A stretch of 64,000 nt of DNA, from the NCBI GenBank assembly GCA_021806205.1, contig JAJZXX010000254.1, positions 7,120 through 71,119 of the forward strand, in the 5' to 3' direction. Origin of the DNA: Bacillota bacterium. Lineage in GTDB: Bacteria > Bacillota > Sulfobacillia > Sulfobacillales > Sulfobacillaceae. This document shows, piece by piece, positions 1-9,516 of the stretch; positions within the stretch are counted from its first letter, which is position 1; every line of letters starts with the position of its first letter. A program made the position numbers and the translations under genes. The notes below the pieces were generated by a model. That model made no database searches. It was not told where the DNA came from and was given only the letters and a program-made list of their open reading frames with translations.

Positions 1-1457
1 ACAAGTTGGGTCTGCGGATGTGCGTCGGGTTCCCGGTCGGTCCAGGTGGGAACAGGAATGGTGGCGCGCGTGCCGCGTAGACCCGGCAGGGCGTCATCTT
101 CGGCCAGCGCTGGGGGAGCCGTGGACCTAGGAGCCAGTTTGGGAGGATTTGTCTCGACGATGCCAGGCAAGGGGAGTGTGTGATCCGAGGGGCGGGGTGT
201 GGAGTCAAGAACATCGCTCCAGGTAGGTTCAGGCCAGTCGCTGACTATGAAAGGCGCCGGATTGATCTCGTCCGGGATCGGGTGATCGTCCGTGCCGGGG
301 ACCACTGGATCAACCTCAGTAAATAGCGGCTCGATCGCGTCATTTTGATCCTCCGTCGGGGTCGCGGTCTTGGGATCTAATGGGGAGTCTTCACGATCGA
401 CGCGGTCAGACTCCTTTGACTCCTCCTTCGGGTCGGCGATTGGGGTGGGTTGCTTGGGGTGGGCTACCAGCGGGATAGGTTCCCAGTGGACCGGATCCGG
501 TGACACATCGTCTATAGGGGCCCCGTGATTCGCAATGGCTGTCGGCGTGTCGTGAAAAACACCAGGAATGTGCTCAGGGGCGGACTCTTGCTGCACGACC
601 GCTTCTTCGATAGTGGGGACTTTGGAAGCGGGCATTTCCTGGCTGATTCCGCCTGCAAAAATGCTGACCACATCGGCCTCGTCTAATAATCGGTAGGGGG
701 AGCGGATGGTGATATGACGCATGCGCAAGACCTGCACATCGTCAGCGGACACGTAGCCGAGGTTGTCAATTTGGTAGGCCACAATGGCTGGCGGGATATG
801 GGATAGAATGACCGCGTTCAGCCAGCCGATTTGGGTGCCGGGGCGCTCGAATACATCAATGGTGTGGGGCGGCACGCGGCGCCGCTCCAGAAATCCTGCA
901 ATCATGGGTTCGGGTTGCCAAGGCGGTATCACCTCCCCGAGGGCCGCACTAATAAATTGAGCCCATACGGTATCGGGTGATTCTATGGTCAAGTGTTGGT
1001 TGGCCACAGTCTGTGACTCTTGAAAGACGCGGGTCAGGCTCTCCGCGATTTTCCACAAGTTTTTCTCATAGCCTTGGGCTTCCAGATCCGTGCGGATTTC
1101 GGCCGCTTCGATGACCGTAATCCTTCGGCGGTGGGCGTCACGCAGCCGCTCGATCTCTTGGCGGACGCCTTCTTCGGCGAATCGCGCATTAATGCGCCCT
1201 TGATTGAGCTGCTGATGAAGATGGGTGCATTCCATTTGAAGATGGTCGGCGAGATCCCCGAGGGTCTTTTTCCGCTCCAAGAGCCGTTGAAGCTCCACGG
1301 TGAGCCTTTGCGCCTCGTCCGAATAGGTTTGGGTGGACTGGTGGTCGTCACGGTGCAGCCGTTCGACCTCTAAATCGACTTCGCCCCGGTGATAGCCAAA
1401 AAAGCCACGGTCGAGTCGTTTGACTACGTCATCCAAGGTGGGCACGCGTTCAGCCAC
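1..1457 (-). CDS. DivIVA-like N-terminal domain / coiled-coil / PRC-barrel-like / Pro-acidic-rich protein (3' end runs off the window)
   Basis: Not in the ORF track because it has no stop inside the window. Manual translation from GTG at 1457 (overlaps the upstream stop, GTGGCTGA; RBS AAGGATGGGG) gives MAERVPTLDDVVKRLDRGFFGYHRGEVDLEVERL..., matching the DivIVA RGFxGYxxxEVD motif. A coiled coil follows, then IDVFERPGTQIGWLNAVILS..IVAYQI..VSADDV (PRC-barrel-like), then a long P/D/E-rich tail. The frame is open to position 1. Confidence 0.75.
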   Translation of the reverse strand, partial: MAERVPTLDDVVKRLDRGFFGYHRGEVDLEVERLHRDDHQSTQTYSDEAQRLTVELQRLLERKKTLGDLADHLQMECTHLHQQLNQGRINARFAEEGVRQEIERLRDAHRRRITVIEAAEIRTDLEAQGYEKNLWKIAESLTRVFQESQTVANQHLTIESPDTVWAQFISAALGEVIPPWQPEPMIAGFLERRRVPPHTIDVFERPGTQIGWLNAVILSHIPPAIVAYQIDNLGYVSADDVQVLRMRHITIRSPYRLLDEADVVSIFAGGISQEMPASKVPTIEEAVVQQESAPEHIPGVFHDTPTAIANHGAPIDDVSPDPVHWEPIPLVAHPKQPTPIADPKEESKESDRVDREDSPLDPKTATPTEDQNDAIEPLFTEVDPVVPGTDDHPIPDEINPAPFIVSDWPEPTWSDVLDSTPRPSDHTLPLPGIVETNPPKLAPRSTAPPALAEDDALPGLRGTRATIPVPTWTDREPDAHPQTQL

Positions 1458-1950
1458 GGGTAACCCCATCCTTGGTGGAGGCGGGGGCCCCAGAGGCGTC
1501 AAGCTCTTTTGGTTTGGGGGGTTTAGAGTCAGGACTCGTGCGGGTGATCGAGTCGGCGATGTGCTCAATCACACTGCGGATAGATTCCGGCACGCCTCTT
1601 AGGGTGTCTTCCAGCGTCTTGGCATAGTGCCGACGCTGATCCACGCGCCCACGCGCCTGATCTTCCAACAAAGCCATTTCCCGATTGGCGTCATCGAGCA
1701 TCTCTTGAAAGCGGAGGGTCAAGGCGTTCAGATCGCTGGACAGACGAAAATACTCAGACTGAAGAGTTTTGACCGAGGTTTCCATTTCAGCGACTGCTTC
1801 TTCAGCGTTTTGCACATCGGTCTTCAATTGATTTAACGACGCCTCGCGCGTGGTCTGTCGCTCGGCCGCCCGCTCCTCTAACGCATCAATGTAGAGGTCG
1901 GTCGATTTGATACGGTAGCCCCAAAATGCCCGACGTCTGGACCATGCCAT
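1450..1950 (-). CDS. DivIVA-like coiled-coil protein
   Basis: N-terminus RRAFWGYRIKSTDLYIDAL resembles the DivIVA motif, followed by a heptad coiled coil. Strong RBS GAGGAGGAGG upstream. Confidence 0.75.
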   Translation of the reverse strand: MAWSRRRAFWGYRIKSTDLYIDALEERAAERQTTREASLNQLKTDVQNAEEAVAEMETSVKTLQSEYFRLSSDLNALTLRFQEMLDDANREMALLEDQARGRVDQRRHYAKTLEDTLRGVPESIRSVIEHIADSITRTSPDSKPPKPKELDASGAPASTKDGVTRG

Positions 1951-1970
1951 GCCCGCGAGGCCCTCCTCCT

Positions 1971-2004
1971 CAAGGAAACGTTCAATACCAAGGAAACGTT
2001 CAAT
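1971..2004. repeat. Perfect 16-bp direct repeat CAAGGAAACGTTCAAT x2 (18-bp period) next to the RBS of the DivIVA-like gene
   Basis: Copies at 1971-1986 and 1989-2004, each with a palindromic AACGTT core. Confidence 0.8.
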
Positions 2005-2096
2005 CTATTATATTAAAGAGTATTGGTATAAACCACAAGAGATAGGGCGGGATTAGCGAGGATTACCGGGGTTAGCAGGGATTAAGTTAAAAGGGG

Positions 2097-3848
2097 TTAA
2101 CTGGCGGAACGCGGGGGTTGGATATAGAGGCTCTCCAAGAGGCGCGATTTGACCAACTGTTCATACCCCTTACGGGCGTGGCCGAGAGTTAACTCCAGGC
2201 TGGCGACTTCGGCCAAGATCGGGACGGCAGCGGGGTGGCCGCCTAATGAGGCCAGCGCTTCGTAGTACTCCTTTAAGGCTAGTTGCGGCTGATTTAGCCG
2301 CCGCAGCAGCAAGGCGCGCGTCACATGCAGGAGAGCCGGCTCCGTAGCGAGTGGGCCAACACTGGGCTGGGGAGCTCGCCCGATTTGCCACTGGTGATAG
2401 AGGTCAAAAAAGGCTTGCATCGCGGTCGAAATTTCAAAGTACTGCAAGGCGCGGATTCGAGCAGCCGCTCCCAAGCGAGCCCGCAGCGCGTGATCGCGCC
2501 CCAGAGTGAGAATGGCGGCTGCCATCTCATCGGGGTTTCGGGAGGGCACGAGCAGCCCGACAGGGCCTAAGGCCTCGCGAGTGCCGCCGACATCGGTCGC
2601 TACCATGGGGGTGCCTGACATCATGGCTTCAATGACCGAATAGGGGAACGCTTCGGTCACGCTGGATTGCACGGCGATATCAGCGGTTCGATACGCGTCG
2701 CTAATCTCTGCTTGATGGCCCTCAAACAAGACGATGTCGGTTAAATCCAGTTCTCGGGCCAGCGCCTGCACCCGATCGTTATAGGATTCGACGGAGACGG
2801 AGCCTAGCACGCGAAGGCGCACCGGCATACCCGCCGCTTTGACGATGTGAATGGCTTTCAATAGCGTTTCCAAATCCTTATTGGGGTCGATGCGGGCGAC
2901 CGAGAGAATCTCGAGCGGCTTCGGATCGGCCAACAGGTGGCGGGGCGGGTCGGCTGGATGAAACGTTTTCGAGTTCACACCATTGTAGATGACGTGGACC
3001 TTTTCGATATCGCCGCCTAAGACTCTCTCCCAGCGGCTATTGAAGGCGCATACCGGGACTAACTGATCGGCATAGTATAGATTTTCGCGACTGACCGCCT
3101 TGACTAGCGCGATGAGAAATCGCTTGGAAAAGGGTGTCATGTTGCTCCGCCCAATGCCTAGATATTGTTCGCGCAAGTACACCCCATGCTCGGTGAGAAG
3201 ATACGGCGTCCCATATTCTAGTTTAGAGACAATCCCCACCATGCCGCAAAAGGCTGCAGCCGACGAGTGCACCATATCGCCTGGCGGTATGGCGGTGTTC
3301 AGGACGGTCATAAAATGATAGATCCAGCCGAGGCCTTGCACGGACTCGAAAATGCTCGGGGCGCGCCAATAGCCTTGGTGGGTGGTGTGCATCAGCCAGG
3401 CTTTGTATAGATCCCACACGTCGGGCGACTTAAAACTGGTCTGATAGTCGTAGGTGCGAAAGTAGCGGTACATGTGTGCGAGTGCATCGCCCAACTCTCC
3501 GGGGCGTTCATTGATTAGATTTTGCAAAAACCGCTCGAAGTGCGGCAAGAACAACTCTCGGATTTCACTAGCTCCGGTGCGCTGCTTTTGAAGAAAAATC
3601 TCGGAATACGCGAGTTCATTGCGATGTTCGGACGGATCTTGCATCCCCCAGAGGGGGATGGCGACCACTTGTTTGACATTGGCGGGAAGATCAAAGGCCA
3701 CGGCCACATAGGGATTCATGGCAATGGCGACCACGACGAAATTTACATCGGGCAGGTGATGCACCAAGGCGTCGCACCAGGTGCTAACACCCCCAGGGTG
3801 AAAGGGGTAGGTTCCTTCGGTGGCGAGTAACACCGTCGGTGCCGCCAT
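2097..3848 (-). CDS. pelF: GT4 glycosyltransferase PelF with C-terminal TPR-like extension
   Basis: PelF/DUF3492 motifs EGTYPF..GGVSTW and LLTEHGVYLRE; GT4 EX7E motif EAFPYSVIE; extra helical repeat-like tail of about 80 aa. Confidence 0.88.
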   Translation of the reverse strand: MAAPTVLLATEGTYPFHPGGVSTWCDALVHHLPDVNFVVVAIAMNPYVAVAFDLPANVKQVVAIPLWGMQDPSEHRNELAYSEIFLQKQRTGASEIRELFLPHFERFLQNLINERPGELGDALAHMYRYFRTYDYQTSFKSPDVWDLYKAWLMHTTHQGYWRAPSIFESVQGLGWIYHFMTVLNTAIPPGDMVHSSAAAFCGMVGIVSKLEYGTPYLLTEHGVYLREQYLGIGRSNMTPFSKRFLIALVKAVSRENLYYADQLVPVCAFNSRWERVLGGDIEKVHVIYNGVNSKTFHPADPPRHLLADPKPLEILSVARIDPNKDLETLLKAIHIVKAAGMPVRLRVLGSVSVESYNDRVQALARELDLTDIVLFEGHQAEISDAYRTADIAVQSSVTEAFPYSVIEAMMSGTPMVATDVGGTREALGPVGLLVPSRNPDEMAAAILTLGRDHALRARLGAAARIRALQYFEISTAMQAFFDLYHQWQIGRAPQPSVGPLATEPALLHVTRALLLRRLNQPQLALKEYYEALASLGGHPAAVPILAEVASLELTLGHARKGYEQLVKSRLLESLYIQPPRSAS

Positions 3849-3949
3849 GCGTCACCATCCTTTATCAACCCCTAAATTTTTCATGTAGGGGGATTCAGTT
3901 TATGATAATTATGGAGAAATGTCCAGAATTAGGCGGCGGAGGGGATGGC

Positions 3950-5539
3950 ATGGGTAGCCAGGATCTGGCCAATCGGGCTTTATCCTGGGAGCGGCTGCGC
4001 ACTCAGGTGCAAGAGACCAATCCCGATTTGCAAGATTCACTCGATGTTGCGGCAACGCTGGAGTCGATGGGATGGACCGACCGCCAGATGGAAGAGACAT
4101 TCGGGTTTGCCAATGTCTTTGACGCCGCCCGGGAGCTGTTCGACTCGATCCGCCGTCAAGTGGCACAAAGCCCCATGCCGATCCGCGTGGCCATCGCCCG
4201 AAAGACCCTCATCTGGTCCATCATCCGGGACATCGGCCACGGGCTGACGTTTACGTTGCCGATGATTGTATCGGTGGCCGCCATGATTACCCTACACATC
4301 TCCTTTGCTTCCTATCAATACTTTTCCGTGCCCAACGCGACCGCTATTGCCTTGGCCACTTTTGTGAGCTTTCTCACCACCGGCGGCTTTACCCAAGCCA
4401 TGACCAACATTTATTACGTCCTGATGGGAATGCAAAAGGTGCAGGAAATTGAGGCGACCGTGTTTTTAGTGATGCGCTGGTCCGTGGTGACTACCCTGGT
4501 GATTGCCGGCTTTCTCATTATCGGGGATTTTGTTTTCCCGATTATGCCGGAAAGTTTAGTGTTGCTGATGGTGCTCTACACGATTTTGCTCTCGATGCTT
4601 TGGATCTCCTTTACGGGTCTTTACATCCTGCGCCGGGAGTATTTTCTTACGTTTATTACGGCCATGGCAATCGGCGTGGCGTTTACCCTCCATCGCCGCG
4701 GCATGGCGGTGCAGTGGGCGCAAGCGGTGGCCATGGCGGTCGCTGCCTTCGCGAGCCTGGCCACTTCGGTCGTGATATTCCGCCGCCGCACCAAGGGATT
4801 TCAGGCACTGCGGGGGGTTTTTCAAACCCGCTTGGCGCAACTGGCCCATGGGGCCAGCCCCTATTTCGTGTACGGCATTTTGTACTTTGTCTACGTGTAT
4901 GTCGACCGTTTGGTAGCGTGGTCCTCACAGACCACGTTCCTTCCTTATAATATATGGTTTCGCGGTCAATATGAACTCGGTATGGATTGGTCGCTGGTAG
5001 CACTGTTTTTGCCGCTGAGTGTGGCCGAAGTGTTGATTTCCACCGTGATGCGGCGCGTGGAAAGTTTGGAGCACCGTCTAGATTTAGATCGCACCACCGA
5101 CTTATTGGCGGCTTTGTATAAAATTTACTTTGTCATGTTGGCGGTATTTGTGGGCGTGTCGGTCTTGGGGGTTTTGTTAACCCACACCGGCGTCACACTT
5201 CTGGTGCCGATCCATCTCTTTGCCCAGAGTGTGCCGGTACGGGGCGTCGAGCCTTTTGTTTTCACGTTCTCGAGTTGGTCGTATGTGCTCTTTTCGGTGG
5301 CTATCTTCAACACTCTGCTGCTCTTTACCCTTTCGCACCCGGGACCGGCGCTACGCGTGTTGGGCGTCGGCATCGGGGTGGACCTGGTGTTCGGGATCTT
5401 GGCCACGCAAGTCTTAAACGGCTACCAATACGCCGTGCTGGGGCTGGCTGTGAGCTGTGCCTTTATTGCCATTTACAGCACTTACATGGTGGTGCGGGTG
5501 ATAAGGCGACTCGATTATATTCTCTATCGCCTGTCCTAA
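3950..5539 (+). CDS. pelG: Pel exopolysaccharide membrane protein PelG-like
   Basis: About 12 hydrophobic helices after a soluble N-terminal extension; divergent from pelF across 101 bp; ATG at 3950 with RBS GGAGGGG. The gene name rests on topology plus context. Confidence 0.68.
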   Translation: MGSQDLANRALSWERLRTQVQETNPDLQDSLDVAATLESMGWTDRQMEETFGFANVFDAARELFDSIRRQVAQSPMPIRVAIARKTLIWSIIRDIGHGLTFTLPMIVSVAAMITLHISFASYQYFSVPNATAIALATFVSFLTTGGFTQAMTNIYYVLMGMQKVQEIEATVFLVMRWSVVTTLVIAGFLIIGDFVFPIMPESLVLLMVLYTILLSMLWISFTGLYILRREYFLTFITAMAIGVAFTLHRRGMAVQWAQAVAMAVAAFASLATSVVIFRRRTKGFQALRGVFQTRLAQLAHGASPYFVYGILYFVYVYVDRLVAWSSQTTFLPYNIWFRGQYELGMDWSLVALFLPLSVAEVLISTVMRRVESLEHRLDLDRTTDLLAALYKIYFVMLAVFVGVSVLGVLLTHTGVTLLVPIHLFAQSVPVRGVEPFVFTFSSWSYVLFSVAIFNTLLLFTLSHPGPALRVLGVGIGVDLVFGILATQVLNGYQYAVLGLAVSCAFIAIYSTYMVVRVIRRLDYILYRLS

Positions 5540-5970
5540 GGCGATCGAACAACTGCAAGTGGCTGGTGTGGACGTGGCGACTCTTGGACCGACCACCCGG
5601 GAAGGATTGGTCGATGGGGGGCGGGCCAGACATTGGGTGAGGCGAGGTATTCTGGTGATGGCGGTCGCCGGGCCGAGGTTGGATGATGGGGAGGCTCTTG
5701 GTCAGGCGATGTTTGGCAGTTCGCGGCTTTTGGGCAGGAATAGCAGGGAATCGTGTCGAAGTCGCGACTCCAAGCCAGACGACAGCGCGCCGTTGCCGGA
5801 GAGATTCCGGATGCATCCGCGTATGTTATTGTGCTTTGGAGCGGCCGATGCGCCGTCATCGGTCAAGATTAGCCTGCGCAACCCGGGTGTGAGGGCCAAG
5901 CGCCGATGCGGGCGAGTTAACGAGCCGGTATCCCTGAGACGGTTGAGCCACTGCATCGCCGAAGGAGGCT

Positions 5971-7872
5971 ATGGCTTTGATCGTATGGACATCCCTGATA
6001 GGTGAAGTCCATGTGTTGGTAGCCGCCCTGGTGATGTTTGTCCTGCTTCCGTTCTGGGCCTTGGCGGGTCGGCGCGCGACCGGTTTGGCCGCCAGCGTCA
6101 TCGCCGTGGGCGCGGCCTTTTGGATTGTGGTGGTTACGGGACTGGCGTACATCGCATCGGTGCGCTACTCGCTCATTTTTGTGGCGGCAGTGGTGGGCTT
6201 ATTGGCGGCGCGGAAGTTTTTACCCCGTGCGGCGGTCGATTCCAGTCCTGGTGAGGCTTTTATGCGGCTATGGGATGTGTTCGAGCGGCCGGTCGAGTCG
6301 CTGGCGAGTGTCTGGAAGGCTATGCGTCATCGTGTGCGGGAATCTTGGAGCGGATTTCGGGAGCATTACGGCACGCTTGGCATGATTCTGACCGTCATCG
6401 CGCTAGTGTGGGCCTTGGGGTATGGGTCTTGGCCCTGGCTCCATCAAGTCTCCCCGGGTACGGCGAACGGCTACACCAACCTTTTGCGGATGGCGAGTTT
6501 TGCCAGCAATACCGGCGTGTATGCCGCAGGAACGGCTCCCACGGGTCTTCCGGCTCTCGGGTCGGTTTTGTCTACCGCGTTTTTCTTGCCGCCTGTAAAC
6601 GTGTTGCGCTTTCTCTATCCTTTGGCCGATGTCTTTACGGTTATGGCCAGTGGGGTGCTCAGCCATCAACTGACCCGATCCGGACGGGCTTCGAGTCTCG
6701 TGATGTTTTTAGTGAGTGTGTCCTCGCTTGCCCACTTAGGGTTCCCCCTCAACTTTGAGAGTCCCTTAGCGATGCATTGGGCGGACATTTTAGTGCTCTT
6801 GGCTCTTGCGGAGGCGTTGGCCTGGTCCAAGACGCGCGTTCGCGCCCATGCGGTGTTTGTTGCACTCTGCCTCATGGGAGCGACCCTCACCAGCCCGCCC
6901 GAGGCAGCCCTGGGCTTTGTGGTGCTGGCGATTCTAACGGTCGGCGACAGTTGGATGGTGATCGGATATAGCGCGGTCGGGGGGCTTATGGGGCTAATTC
7001 CCTTGGCGGTAGGGGTGGCGAGCCGGGTGCCATTAAACCCCGACGGCTGGCTCACGGCGGGATTCCCGCCACTGGTTCCCGTATGGCAGGATCCTCAGAG
7101 CGCGTCGTACTGGATTCCGTGGATGGCTCTCATCTTGGTGGTGATCCACGGGATGCGGCCCGCCACCCCCTTGAATCGGCGCTATATGATCGCGGTGGGG
7201 ATAACGGCTTTAGGGGCGGCGTTATGGGGATTTAATGGGGTCACGGCCTCGGCGTTGCTATGGAGCGGGCTGCTCGGGCTTATGGTGGTGATCGCGGGGA
7301 TAGATATTTTGTTGGTGTCAGCGTCGGGAAACATGCGGGTTGCGTGGGGGGTGGATGTTACCCTGGCCGCATTGGCAGTTCTGGGGCTTCTGATTCCGTC
7401 GGCCACACCGACCTTAAAGCATTATGAACCGCCCTTGGCGGCTCTGGCGACCCTGAAGATTGAAGAGTCGCTCCAGCCCTATCAGTGGCTGGTGGTGGCG
7501 CCGGTCGGTCAGTATAGCGAGGTCCTAAGCCGCGGGTGGCACGAAGAATTAGGAGTCTTTGTACAAACCTATTCGCTGGCCCAGGCAAAGTCCGCCGCGT
7601 TCCAATTCAAAAACGACCGGGCCCAGCCCATCCTGACCCCAAACATTTTCCTTTTCGTAGAGCCCCGGCTCTTTCCGTCGGGAACGCCGGTGTCCTTGCG
7701 GGATTTGAAGTTTAGGGTGGCCTCCGGCAATGGAATGTACCAGGGACAATCGTTGGCCGCGGTCGAATCCCGCGCCTACTACTGGGCCATGGCATATCAC
7801 CGAAGTCACCCCAAGTCTAGCTCGGTGTATATGCGGGGCAAAAACCTCATGATATTATGGATTCGACAATAA
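5971..7872 (+). CDS. Polytopic membrane protein, GT-C-like architecture (paralog of 12968..14929)
   Basis: RBS GAAGGAGG; many TM helices plus a C-terminal soluble domain whose motifs (WLVVA, IFLFVEP, YMRGKNLMILWI) parallel those of 12968..14929. Confidence 0.6.
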   Translation: MALIVWTSLIGEVHVLVAALVMFVLLPFWALAGRRATGLAASVIAVGAAFWIVVVTGLAYIASVRYSLIFVAAVVGLLAARKFLPRAAVDSSPGEAFMRLWDVFERPVESLASVWKAMRHRVRESWSGFREHYGTLGMILTVIALVWALGYGSWPWLHQVSPGTANGYTNLLRMASFASNTGVYAAGTAPTGLPALGSVLSTAFFLPPVNVLRFLYPLADVFTVMASGVLSHQLTRSGRASSLVMFLVSVSSLAHLGFPLNFESPLAMHWADILVLLALAEALAWSKTRVRAHAVFVALCLMGATLTSPPEAALGFVVLAILTVGDSWMVIGYSAVGGLMGLIPLAVGVASRVPLNPDGWLTAGFPPLVPVWQDPQSASYWIPWMALILVVIHGMRPATPLNRRYMIAVGITALGAALWGFNGVTASALLWSGLLGLMVVIAGIDILLVSASGNMRVAWGVDVTLAALAVLGLLIPSATPTLKHYEPPLAALATLKIEESLQPYQWLVVAPVGQYSEVLSRGWHEELGVFVQTYSLAQAKSAAFQFKNDRAQPILTPNIFLFVEPRLFPSGTPVSLRDLKFRVASGNGMYQGQSLAAVESRAYYWAMAYHRSHPKSSSVYMRGKNLMILWIRQ

Positions 7873-7933
7873 TCTGGGGATCTTGATAGATTGCGCCTGA
7901 ATGCGGTCAGCACTGACGGTGGAGGGAAGAGGT

Positions 7934-9484
7934 ATGGGGCTTCTCAATAAGAAGACCGTCTTAACTGCGTCCAAGACGGGTTCTGCCGCCATTCTGACGG
8001 CGTTAACGCCGCCTTATCAGCTCAATGATTTTCTCATGTTGATGTTAAACCAGCTGTCAGAATGGATTCCCGGTGAAAGTTACTACGCCTATGTGGCGGA
8101 TACGGACCAAACCGGGTTGACCTTAAAGGCCACGCGCCAAGCCTCCGGCATTGCGAGTGTCGGCCCGAATTATGCGGGCCTGGTGCTGGGCGGAGGTATT
8201 CGCACGGTGCCACTGGAAATCATGCCCCCGGCGGACTCGTGGGCGTTTGGGGTGGACTCCGACGGGATGCTGGTGATGGGGTTTGGCCCAAAGGCGGTCT
8301 TTCGTATTGTGGTGGATCGCAAGGTGCGTCTCGGCGATGCCACGCGCGAGCGCATCCAGGGATGGCTGCATGAACTAATGCCGGTGTTCGATTTGATGCT
8401 ACAGAGCGCCATGACTTCTGAAGAAAGTCATGGCGGGGATGGTCAGCCCGCCCCTCGCCATTCCCGTCAGGATCTGGTGTTTAAGATTCCCCAATTAATG
8501 GGGCTCTTGTCTGAGCTTGGCACCGGGGTGATTAAAAGCAGTGACGGCTATTTGGCGTTATGGCGCGAGCCCTCTAAAGTGGAGTACCCGTGGGTGGTTG
8601 GCTTGGGTCGGGATTTGGCCAATCGCATCCCTCCCGAGATGTTGTATGAAGCGTCTCGTGCCTATCGGGTGGCCGTCTGGAATGAAAGCCAGATTCCGCA
8701 AAAGCTTGAGCCCCTGGGATTTCAGTCTTTGGTTGCCATTCCCGTGGATGGTGTCTCGGGCTGTGCCAGCGTCCTCTGTATGGCCAGTGCCGATGTGGTG
8801 TCGAGCACCCCCTCTTTGATCGGGACGTTGCGCTATTTAGCCGACAGTCTTCAGAGCTCTTTAGACAGCGACCAGAGTTCCAATACCATGGCGGCCAACT
8901 ATTTGAAGGCGCTGTTGACCGCCTCTGCGTTGTTGGACGAAGCCGATCCCTACAACCAGAGTCATCACGAACGGGTGGCCCAGCTTTGCGCTCGCTTGGC
9001 CTTGAGGGCGGGGTGGCCTGAGCCCCGGGTGCGCGCCGTGGAAATGGCGGGCCGCCTGCACGACGTCGGGATGGTGACGGTAGCCTTGGATGTGACGCAC
9101 GAAAAAGGCAATTTGGCTGAAAAGGCCCGTCAAGTTATTCAGCAGCATTCCCAGGTGGGGTACGAACTCTTGGCTGGTCTGCCGGAGTCGGTGTTGCCCG
9201 GTTCGGTCGCCCAGGCTATTCGCGAGCATCATGAGCGCTATGACGGTTTGGGCTACCCTGACGGATTAAAAGGGAATGCGCTCTCGATGGAGGGCCGCAT
9301 TTTGGCGTGTGCCGAGCAGTTTGTCGCCCGGATTTCGGCCCGTAGCTATCGCCAGGGTCTCAGCGTGGAACGGGCTCTGTATGAATTGCAAAAAGTGGCA
9401 GGCAGCCAGCTCGATGCGGAAGTGGTATCGCTCTTGTTAAAGGTCTATGAAGAAGCTGGAGTCCGACCGGAGACCCCGGTTTAA
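7934..9484 (+). CDS. HD-GYP domain protein (c-di-GMP phosphodiesterase or receptor) with N-terminal GAF-like region
   Basis: LHDVG and HHERYDGLGYPDGLKG motifs. The distal A-D-x-F-D motif reads AEQFV. ATG at 7934 follows a purine-rich RBS. Confidence 0.88.
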   Translation: MGLLNKKTVLTASKTGSAAILTALTPPYQLNDFLMLMLNQLSEWIPGESYYAYVADTDQTGLTLKATRQASGIASVGPNYAGLVLGGGIRTVPLEIMPPADSWAFGVDSDGMLVMGFGPKAVFRIVVDRKVRLGDATRERIQGWLHELMPVFDLMLQSAMTSEESHGGDGQPAPRHSRQDLVFKIPQLMGLLSELGTGVIKSSDGYLALWREPSKVEYPWVVGLGRDLANRIPPEMLYEASRAYRVAVWNESQIPQKLEPLGFQSLVAIPVDGVSGCASVLCMASADVVSSTPSLIGTLRYLADSLQSSLDSDQSSNTMAANYLKALLTASALLDEADPYNQSHHERVAQLCARLALRAGWPEPRVRAVEMAGRLHDVGMVTVALDVTHEKGNLAEKARQVIQQHSQVGYELLAGLPESVLPGSVAQAIREHHERYDGLGYPDGLKGNALSMEGRILACAEQFVARISARSYRQGLSVERALYELQKVAGSQLDAEVVSLLLKVYEEAGVRPETPV

Positions 9485-9516
9485 TCGGCGCAAAAGACGC
9501 AAAAGGAGAATTTCGG

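Noticed and set aside
5559-6005. 148-aa ORF between pelG and the GT-C-like gene
   Set aside because: No RBS, Arg/Gly-rich non-protein-like composition, overlaps the next gene; more likely intergenic or promoter sequence.
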